Below are positions 15,586 to 22,902 of a stretch of 32,000 bases of DNA, piece by piece. The DNA is from Candidatus Thorarchaeota archaeon (GTDB lineage Archaea > Asgardarchaeota > Thorarchaeia > Thorarchaeales > Thorarchaeaceae), in the NCBI GenBank assembly GCA_003345555.1, contig PRDJ01000068.1, positions 3,393 through 35,392 of the forward strand, given 5' to 3'. Made by a program: the position numbers and the translations under genes. How positions within the stretch are numbered: position 1 is the stretch's first letter; each line of letters begins with the position of its first letter. The notes beneath the pieces are model-generated. The model saw only the letters and a program-made list of their open reading frames with translations, did not search any database and was not told the DNA's origin.

Positions 15586-16641
15586 TTAGGTTCCTCCACT
15601 TGCCACTATTGTGGCTGCCGCTTTCAATGCCTCAAGGAAGAACGAGGGTTTGGTTGTGGGCACACCGAGTTCCGGATGCTTGGGGTCCTGTATGAGGGGC
15701 GTTAGTCCTTGCCAGATTTGTTCGAATGACGCAATCGCCGCCTCAATAAGGTCCGGGTTGAATCTCCTGCTGACCCACATGGCCGCCATCGGGTCTTCTG
15801 AAACCAGAATCACCATGTTGTCTTTGTTGAGGCTGGTGAGGTGGTAGAGACCGGTATGTCCTGTATCTATCCTTAGGTCCAGTTTCAGCCCTTTCTGCCG
15901 TGCACCATATGCTTTGACAAAAAACTCGACTAACGCGTTCTCGGGGAAAACTTCGGCAAGAAAGTCGTCCGCACTGAGAACGTCCACAGTAACGAGACAA
16001 CGCACCTCTGCTCCACTCTCGGCAGCTCTGAGGGTTCGATTGACCCCTTCTGTGATTCCTCCTCTGAACGGCCTGAGTTGTAGCTGGGCGATTCTTATGA
16101 CATCCCCCGGTACCGCCTTCTCGTATATCTCAGCGTCTGCAAAATCGGCGTAGGATTGGAGCCCCTTTAGAAGTCCCGAGTTTGGTTGTTGAGCCCGGCC
16201 CGCTGTCTTTCCTTCAAGAACCCTGGCAACGTCGCTGAAATTGAAAGCCGATAACTCGTTCGACCGGGCTTGTAGTGCCGCCCTTCGCTTCTCCAAGCTT
16301 GACAGGGTTCGACCCTTGAGCTGCTCCAATCCCGCGACAATCGTGTTGATATCCGAAATATACTTCTTGCGTGATTCACTCTCATTCTCGACCCTAATCA
16401 TCTGCATATTCGACAACTGATCCAGCACTTTGCGGACCCATCCCTTGCTGAGTGCGGTGCCCGGTTCTGCCCGCAGAAGGGAACCATGTATCTCTGAAAC
16501 GTCCAGAGATCTTGACGGTGTTGACTGTATTCTCATCATCGCTCGCAGAACGCTCAGGGGCCGAGTATCGGGACCGAAGCCAAGTTGTGTCAATGATCTC
16601 TCAAGTTTTTGGCGCGATGAAAGCGCCGGAGATTCCCGCAT
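15586..16641 (-). CDS. TrmB-like regulator (wHTH + coiled coil + PLD-like effector domain), copy 1
   Basis: KGWVRKVLDQLSNMQMI helix-turn-helix; GAEVRCL and VSEDP...FNPDLI...FEQIWQG shared with the neighbouring gene. Confidence 0.72.
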   Translation of the reverse strand: MRESPALSSRQKLERSLTQLGFGPDTRPLSVLRAMMRIQSTPSRSLDVSEIHGSLLRAEPGTALSKGWVRKVLDQLSNMQMIRVENESESRKKYISDINTIVAGLEQLKGRTLSSLEKRRAALQARSNELSAFNFSDVARVLEGKTAGRAQQPNSGLLKGLQSYADFADAEIYEKAVPGDVIRIAQLQLRPFRGGITEGVNRTLRAAESGAEVRCLVTVDVLSADDFLAEVFPENALVEFFVKAYGARQKGLKLDLRIDTGHTGLYHLTSLNKDNMVILVSEDPMAAMWVSRRFNPDLIEAAIASFEQIWQGLTPLIQDPKHPELGVPTTKPSFFLEALKAAATIVASGGT

Positions 16642-16866
16642 GACGTTTTCCTAAAGCGATTGTCTATTAGATTAGATGCCGAATCACGAGTCTTTCGACT
16701 AGTAGCTTCTAGGTTGTAGACAAAACTCGTGCTCTTAAGCAGGATTGTCCTTAGATAGCATGCAGGGCAACCGAATAGTTCGATTCTCAAGGACTAGGCC
16801 GTTATCGGCCACCATCGGGTAGGGGACGGGAGACCCGCAGTTTGCCGCACTCGGACTGAGTTACGC

Positions 16867-18093
16867 CTAGGGCCCTACAACAGCAATGCTCCTGACGTAG
16901 CCCATGCCAAGTCGAGCTACCAGTGGAAGAAAGTCAGTCAGAAGAGACATTGCGGTCCCGGGACTCACGTGTCCCTGAATTACCTCGTTCAGGGTCTTCG
17001 CGTCGAGCTGACTAAGAACCTTCTCAGCGGCCGCGATGGGATCATTCAACATGGCATACCTTGAAACAGCCCACATCCCCATCGCCGTGTTTTGTATGCT
17101 GTGAGCAAGCTTGGTCTTTCTGTACTCTTTCTCGTATAGGACTGTGTTGCGAGCAGAGAAGTCATTTTGCTCGGTCATGCGTTTCGCATGGCGTGCAAGT
17201 AGCGCGCCTGCGTGGAGGCACGTTGTCACTCCGCCGCCCACGATTGAAGAGACCTGCCCCGCCGAATTGCCGCATAGCGCAACGCCAGCGCCAGTGAACT
17301 TGGGGATCAGTCCGGCACAGGGAACAACTCCACCATTTACGTTGACGATTCGGGCGTTGGGCCCCAGATGCTCTCTAATGTACTTCTGCAGAACATCTTT
17401 CATGGGTGGCAGAGCATTCCAGTTATTCTTGGAAGATGGAACACGTCCTATTCCCAAGTTTGTCTCTGTTCTGCTCCTTGGATAGAGCCACAGATAGCCA
17501 AGGCCGACGTCACGGCCAACATAGAAGTATGCAGTGTTTGGATCGTCTATCCTGCAGTCTGCGAGTTTGAACCGATAGCCGTATGAAAGCAACCATTTTG
17601 GATGAGTGAATCCAGCCGTCGAAGAGATGCGGCTGAAAGATCCATCAGCCCCGACAGTAAGGCCAGCCCTGACGGTTTGGTCTTGGTTGTAGCGTACTCC
17701 GACAACCTGATCGCCTTGCTTGACTACTGAATCTGCCCTTGCTTTGAACACGAATTGTGCGCCGTTCGAAGTGGCACGATTAGACAGGAGAAGTTGGACT
17801 TTGTCTTCGTCGAGAAGATATGAGCTGCCAAGTAGTCCACGATCCACAGCGATGTGGGCCCCTGTGTCTAGGCTCTCCCCCACAATCCTGTTGAATTTGT
17901 TAGTGACACACTCTGAATCCGGCTTGATGCGCAACAACCTCAGGGCCTTGTCAGTGACAAGCTCGCCCATGAGAGAATCAGTGACAGCTGCATGCTTCTC
18001 AAGAAGCACCGCTTTCAAACCGTAACGTGATGCTTGTTCTGCAGCAATCAGACCTGCTGGCCCTGCGCCCGCAATGACGACGTCAGAATTCAT
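16867..18093 (-). CDS. Geranylgeranyl reductase family FAD-dependent oxidoreductase (divergent)
   Basis: GAGPAG dinucleotide fold, GADGSFS, GYLWLYP (YxWxFP-like), GQVSSIVGGG. Start set at ATG 18093, directly before the Rossmann motif. Confidence 0.82.
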   Translation of the reverse strand: MNSDVVIAGAGPAGLIAAEQASRYGLKAVLLEKHAAVTDSLMGELVTDKALRLLRIKPDSECVTNKFNRIVGESLDTGAHIAVDRGLLGSSYLLDEDKVQLLLSNRATSNGAQFVFKARADSVVKQGDQVVGVRYNQDQTVRAGLTVGADGSFSRISSTAGFTHPKWLLSYGYRFKLADCRIDDPNTAYFYVGRDVGLGYLWLYPRSRTETNLGIGRVPSSKNNWNALPPMKDVLQKYIREHLGPNARIVNVNGGVVPCAGLIPKFTGAGVALCGNSAGQVSSIVGGGVTTCLHAGALLARHAKRMTEQNDFSARNTVLYEKEYRKTKLAHSIQNTAMGMWAVSRYAMLNDPIAAAEKVLSQLDAKTLNEVIQGHVSPGTAMSLLTDFLPLVARLGMGYVRSIAVVGP

Positions 18094-18251
18094 GCTTCGA
18101 CACCAGGAATTGGAGAGGGATGCTTGAGCCGACGCTTGTGACAGGTCTATATGCTTTTCCAAGCGACCGGAATGTAGCAAGGCTGCTCGGATATGTTAAA
18201 AGGAGATTCAATCCTAGAAGGTCCAGAAAGCCGACAGGGGCGCAGTCGCCA

Positions 18252-19136
18252 ATGAAGGCAAAATCGATTGCATGGTCAGTCTACATGGTGCTGTCACTGT
18301 TGGTCAGCGTCACTGTGGCATCCATCCCTGCCATTACATTATTCCTGTTCTTCTTTCAGAAAGTCGACAGCGCCTTTGTCCTGATTGGGTTGCCCTTCAA
18401 CCTGTTCAAGGATTTCTTTCAAGGACTTCTTGGTTCAGTTCTTCCGTCGTTTTTCTTCGACCATTTCTGGTTCGTGGTACTAATAGTCCCAATCGCACTC
18501 TTCTGTTACGCCATCTTCTTGGGATTCCTACTCGTTATGTTCAGGTTATCGAGGCGGGCGTTCCCTCGCCTGAGAGACGGCTACTATCCGATGGAAACCG
18601 GGCAATGGCTTCTCCATGAATACTATGAGATCTACTATGTGCTCACCCCGTACTTTGCATGGTTCTTCTCCGTCTTTCTGAACACCAAGCCGCGGCACAC
18701 TTGGTTTGGAGCGAAAATCGGAAAGAACAGCATCATTGGCAACGGACTTCTGTTCAACCCAGAGAGAATCATTATCGGGGACAATTGCTGGTTCGGCTAC
18801 AATGCAATCGTGAGTGGGCACGTGTATGAGGGTGGCAGACTGTACATCAAGACTGTACGGATCGGCAATAACGTCACTGTAGGCGCCAACACATGCATAA
18901 TGCCCGGCGTGGAGATAGGGGATAATGTCATCATTGGAGCGAACACGATGGTTCCGAAGGACAGGGTTATCCCCGCGAATTCAATATGGGTTCATGGAAA
19001 GGTGGCCTCCCGGAAGGCGGAGTCTTCTGAAACCGACCCGTCTGAGCTGCGGGTGGGCCGATTGACAGTCCGTAACACGGCAGATGAAGGTTCTCACAGA
19101 GAGTCGAATGCCGGGAAGTCTGATGAAGCGAGCTGA
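18252..19136 (+). CDS. Membrane-embedded hexapeptide-repeat (left-handed beta-helix) acyltransferase
   Basis: Two to three hydrophobic segments, then GAKIGKNSII, IIIGDNCWFG, VRIGNNVTVG, VEIGDNVIIG repeats. Start ATG 18252; the track's 18120 start overlaps the divergent promoter region. Confidence 0.8.
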   Translation: MKAKSIAWSVYMVLSLLVSVTVASIPAITLFLFFFQKVDSAFVLIGLPFNLFKDFFQGLLGSVLPSFFFDHFWFVVLIVPIALFCYAIFLGFLLVMFRLSRRAFPRLRDGYYPMETGQWLLHEYYEIYYVLTPYFAWFFSVFLNTKPRHTWFGAKIGKNSIIGNGLLFNPERIIIGDNCWFGYNAIVSGHVYEGGRLYIKTVRIGNNVTVGANTCIMPGVEIGDNVIIGANTMVPKDRVIPANSIWVHGKVASRKAESSETDPSELRVGRLTVRNTADEGSHRESNAGKSDEAS

Positions 19137-19168
19137 GGTCACCTTGCTCACGTAACCAGGGAATCAAT

Positions 19169-20599
19169 ATGTCCGCATCAAAGCCGAAGTATTCGCCTAG
19201 GGGCTACCAGACCTATATTCTAGACAGGATTTCTCAGCTGCGCGGCACGAATGTGCTTCTTGAACTCGATTGCGGTCTAGGAAAGAGGTACATAACGCAC
19301 CAGATTGTGGCCAAGCGCTTTCCTGAGTCGAAGACGCTGATCGTGGTCCATTCTTCATCATCATTGGCTGAGACCGTAGACTACCTGAAAGGGGAATACG
19401 GCGGACTTGAAGAGGAATTGGGTGAGCTGTCTTCAAGGGTTCCTTCGGGCAGAAGAATAAGAGAGATTAGAGAGAAGCGCGTGATTGTCGCGACTCCACA
19501 GGTCCTTGTTTCTCTGGCAAGCTCCAATATCAGTCTGTTTGATTCATTCGAGATTCTGCTTGTTAACGAAGTGGACACACTCGTCAGAAGAACAGGGACA
19601 GCGTCGACACTGGTCTATCCTTGGTCGACTTTGTTAACACTATTTAAGGGCAAGTGGCTCATAGGCATGAGCGGTACTCTAAGGGACGATCATGCAGTCT
19701 TCACAGAAGATCAGCTGGAAATAAGAAATGAGCTCATCACACTAAAGGAGCACATTCGCGGCGCTGTAGTAATCACTATGGAGGAGCTCTATGGCACGGA
19801 TGTGGAGGAGTTTCTTGAAGAGACCTTCCTAGGCGTGAGTCTGGTGAACGATGCGAATATCAGGTCACTGTCCACCGTGCTGGATGAACTGATTCGAGGC
19901 ACTCGAGCTGAAATCATGAAGGCTCTCTCGGAGAATGACAACATCCAACTCGTCGAAGGCGACTCGAGAAGAGTGCATCTTCTTCTTGACAGATTGCCTA
20001 TTGCCGATGAGCTCAAAGGACGTTACTCGTCTCTCCTGCTGTTGCGCAAGTACGTGTATGCAATGCCGCCCAGACAGTTCTTGAAGTCCTTCCGCGGAGA
20101 CTATGTAAGGCACTACTTTGACGCAACCGAACTCAGCAGGGTTCTCCCAACTGTGTCTGCTAAATCCCTAAGGGTTCTCGAACTCGCTGCAAGACGTTCC
20201 AAAACCGTCGTACTTTCCTCCTACCTTGAGATGGTAGAGCAGGTCCGGGACGTTCTTGAGAAGTCCGGCCTCTCCGTTCTTACTGTGACAGGCGGAACCA
20301 GAGACAAGGGCGAGGTTCTCCGAGAGTTCAGAGAAGACCCTGAGAAGAAGGTTCTCGTGATGTCGCCAGTTGGTGAACGTGATCTTGACATTCCTCAAGC
20401 GGAATTGATGGTTGTTTGTGACACTATCAATACAACGAAGACAATGTATCAGAAGTTCAAACGCACAAGAGGCGGACTAGTGCTGTTACTCGCCTACGGC
20501 GGCACATCGGAAGAGCGCAAGGTGCGAAGACTAATGAAGTCGACCTTGGAGAGATACCCGTGGTCCACTGCCGTCATAGAGTCTAATCCAGCCGGATGA
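19169..20599 (+). CDS. Hef/FANCM/Mph1-like SF2 helicase homologue with degenerate catalytic motifs
   Basis: Q-motif PRGYQ, motif I LDCGLGKR, Ib VATPQ, II VNEVD, III GMSGT, V SPVGERDLDIP, VI YQKFKRTRG; no nuclease domain. Confidence 0.75.
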   Translation: MSASKPKYSPRGYQTYILDRISQLRGTNVLLELDCGLGKRYITHQIVAKRFPESKTLIVVHSSSSLAETVDYLKGEYGGLEEELGELSSRVPSGRRIREIREKRVIVATPQVLVSLASSNISLFDSFEILLVNEVDTLVRRTGTASTLVYPWSTLLTLFKGKWLIGMSGTLRDDHAVFTEDQLEIRNELITLKEHIRGAVVITMEELYGTDVEEFLEETFLGVSLVNDANIRSLSTVLDELIRGTRAEIMKALSENDNIQLVEGDSRRVHLLLDRLPIADELKGRYSSLLLLRKYVYAMPPRQFLKSFRGDYVRHYFDATELSRVLPTVSAKSLRVLELAARRSKTVVLSSYLEMVEQVRDVLEKSGLSVLTVTGGTRDKGEVLREFREDPEKKVLVMSPVGERDLDIPQAELMVVCDTINTTKTMYQKFKRTRGGLVLLLAYGGTSEERKVRRLMKSTLERYPWSTAVIESNPAG

Positions 20600-20680
20600 A
20601 TGCTTCACTTCCCTTAGCCTAGTGTAAAGCCAAATGCAGGGTCGAGACTTGCTGGATTCTTCCCGAAGTAAGAAGAAAGC

Positions 20681-20709
20681 TGCAGGCCGTCATGTGGTTG
20701 CGGCCTGCA
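20681..20709. terminator. GC-rich inverted repeat between convergent genes
   Basis: TGCAGGCCG-N11-CGGCCTGCA (9-bp perfect stem), preceded by TTCTTC-N9-GAAGAA at 20657-20677. Confidence 0.4.
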
Positions 20710-20720
20710 TGATGTACATT

Positions 20721-21641
20721 CTAAGCTGACCCACCCGCGGACACATAGACCGCGGTGAATAGGTTAAACAAAGGCTCATCGAACGCCGGTTCAACAGTCG
20801 AGTACACGAACTTGCACATGTCGATGAACTCCTTGGTTCGTGCGTCGGCATCCGAGCCGGGACCCAGGATCTTCTCAGCTGACCTCGTTAGTGACCTGAC
20901 AATGCCTCGAGCCCTCTTCTCCTGCTCGAGTATCTTCGTTGCGTCCTGTTCTATCCTCTGTATGACGCTCTTGATTCTAATGTCCGCAATCTTGTCAGAG
21001 CCCATCGATTTGACCAAGTCCATGAGAACGTCGAGCGTGCCATTGTGAAGTCCATTGACCAGGGACTCAATCTCATACGCGGTGAACTTTATCTTATCAT
21101 CATCGACGGACAATTCCCATTTCAGGTCGCTGGTTCTCTGTACGCCAATCCTGCGTTTTCCAATCACGATATTCTCTTGGTAGAATCGACTGTCAATGCT
21201 CGTGATTATCGCCGTCTTGAGCAGTGCAGATTCATGTAGCTTGAGCCGCAGCGATTTGCCGCCACTTTTGACGGCTACGCAGAATCCATCCTGCGGCTGA
21301 ACCTTTTGGGCATAATCCGATGAAGGAAGCGCCTGTACGGGTGGGAGATGCCTGAGCACCTCTGCAACCTCTCTAACTTCCTCCTCTGTACAGCTGTATG
21401 AGTGCCCATCCCCGGATACTATTAAGGCACCATCAGGTGTTCTTTCAAAGTCAATCTTGTTACCGCTTCCCACGTCCGTGGTCTTTACATAGCTCTGCTT
21501 GTAGCTACGTGCGGTCTGTGCTAGCTTCTCGAGAGCCGCTGCTACCATATGTGCTTCGCCGTATCCCAGAGTAATCTCAGCAATGCCTTCGGAGCCACGT
21601 CCGAGGCCCACGGCCCCGTCCTTTCGAATCTTGACGTACAA
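20721..21641 (-). CDS. Hypothetical protein with four internal beta-beta-beta-alpha repeats and a helical C-terminal domain
   Basis: Long ORF with normal composition. TTG 21641 follows AGGTG at 7-nt spacing; GTG 21671 is an alternative start. Confidence 0.75.
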   Translation of the reverse strand: MYVKIRKDGAVGLGRGSEGIAEITLGYGEAHMVAAALEKLAQTARSYKQSYVKTTDVGSGNKIDFERTPDGALIVSGDGHSYSCTEEEVREVAEVLRHLPPVQALPSSDYAQKVQPQDGFCVAVKSGGKSLRLKLHESALLKTAIITSIDSRFYQENIVIGKRRIGVQRTSDLKWELSVDDDKIKFTAYEIESLVNGLHNGTLDVLMDLVKSMGSDKIADIRIKSVIQRIEQDATKILEQEKRARGIVRSLTRSAEKILGPGSDADARTKEFIDMCKFVYSTVEPAFDEPLFNLFTAVYVSAGGSA

Positions 21642-21739
21642 CGATAAACACCTATCTCTCAACACGAGCACGTGCAGAAAACCGTTGTGGGGAGGGACAA
21701 TCCTCGCATGTTGTGCTGGTTCTTATCGGAACGGCGCCT

Positions 21740-22864
21740 TCATGGAACAGGTTTGACTGCCTCCAGTGGTTGGCTCCAATACCCTTTGCTCAGTTCATGC
21801 AGTTTTCCCATATCGCCCAGGGGGTGTATCATCGCCGCCGATTCTCCGGCACGAAAGAACCTGGCCCGCTGGCATGCGCGAAACGTGACAGTGTCTCGCG
21901 GGTCGACGTAAATGGTTGCTGCAACACAATCGAAATGGTCCGCTGCTGCCTTTCTCAGCTTCATCAGAATTTCCGCAATAGTCTCAGTGTCTCGTCCGTC
22001 CTCTGTAATAACCAAGTTCGATATGTTGGCCAAGCGTACAGGCCTTCTCCACATCATTGCCGTGATCGATGATATCGTTGCGATACCGACTGTCTGTGAG
22101 GGACTTGTAACCTCAAACACGCCGACACTTCCCTCTGGTCTTTGACCGCAAAACCATCTGCAGTATTCCTCTCCCATCATCAGACAACCATTCCTCTGCT
22201 TCTGAGTCTCATGTTGAGCAAAAAGCGAGGGCCGAATGTCAGCGCCTTCTATTACTCTCAGCTTCGTACTGCCAGTGAAATGCCTGATGCTCCTGATACT
22301 GAGAATCGAGTCGATGAACAGGATGGGAATAGATGGCAAGAAGCCAACAGCAGTGGTTCCGTTTTCTTTGCGCAACGGAGAAACCATGGTGACGGGCTTG
22401 ACAAGCGTTCTGAAGCCGAGTGCGCGGTAAATCCTGATTGCGCCCCCGTGTGGATTTGCAGTGAGGTGCATGGCCCAGCAGCCCCGCTTCTTTGCCAGTT
22501 CGATTGCCTGAGTCATCAGATTAGTTGCGTGCCCCTGGTGTCGGTGAGCAGGATGAGTTGACACATCGCCAATAATGGCAACCAGCTTCGGCAATCCATT
22601 GACGAGCATCTCGACATACGTCATGACGAGCGCGGATATGATTCTGCCCGACTCTTGGACGAGAAACACTGAGTGAGGGTCAAAACCCGGACAACTCAAG
22701 TACCTCCATCTCCAGAGTTCCGGAGAAAAAGGAAGGTACAATCCGCTCTGACCAAAGCAGAGATTGAAGAGTCGCGCTATCGCAGACTCGTCACCCTTTC
22801 TGTACGTACGTACCTCGGACAATGTATCGGTGTGTCGCTTCAAGGTCTTTGCAGACTTCTGCAC
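21740..22864 (-). CDS. GNAT family N-acetyltransferase, two-domain Eis-like
   Basis: Acetyl-CoA motif VSTHPAHRHQGHA, AIRIYRALGF, second degenerate GNAT half. Start GTG 22864 or TTG 22843. Confidence 0.83.
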   Translation of the reverse strand: MQKSAKTLKRHTDTLSEVRTYRKGDESAIARLFNLCFGQSGLYLPFSPELWRWRYLSCPGFDPHSVFLVQESGRIISALVMTYVEMLVNGLPKLVAIIGDVSTHPAHRHQGHATNLMTQAIELAKKRGCWAMHLTANPHGGAIRIYRALGFRTLVKPVTMVSPLRKENGTTAVGFLPSIPILFIDSILSIRSIRHFTGSTKLRVIEGADIRPSLFAQHETQKQRNGCLMMGEEYCRWFCGQRPEGSVGVFEVTSPSQTVGIATISSITAMMWRRPVRLANISNLVITEDGRDTETIAEILMKLRKAAADHFDCVAATIYVDPRDTVTFRACQRARFFRAGESAAMIHPLGDMGKLHELSKGYWSQPLEAVKPVP

Positions 22865-22871
22865 ATGAGTG

Positions 22872-22879
22872 TTTAAGTA
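22872..22879. promoter_or_regulatory. Possible shared TATA box for the divergent GNAT and phosphoesterase genes
   Basis: TTTAAGTA on + is 23 nt before GTG 22903; TACTTAAA on - is 28 nt before TTG 22843. Confidence 0.4.
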
Positions 22880-22902
22880 CCCGGCGCTAATGAACTAGTC
22901 TC

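Noticed and set aside
12662-16641. PLD-family nuclease or defence system
   Set aside because: No HxK(x4)D catalytic motif in any of the four PLD-like domains; wHTH + coiled coil fits TrmB-like regulators.
16642-16866. tRNA-like or ncRNA cluster of small hairpins (e.g. GGCCG-ttat-CGGCC, CGGGT...ACCCG)
   Set aside because: No T-loop TTCRA, no 7-bp acceptor stem and no D-loop GG pattern; 4-5 bp stems are expected by chance at this GC content.
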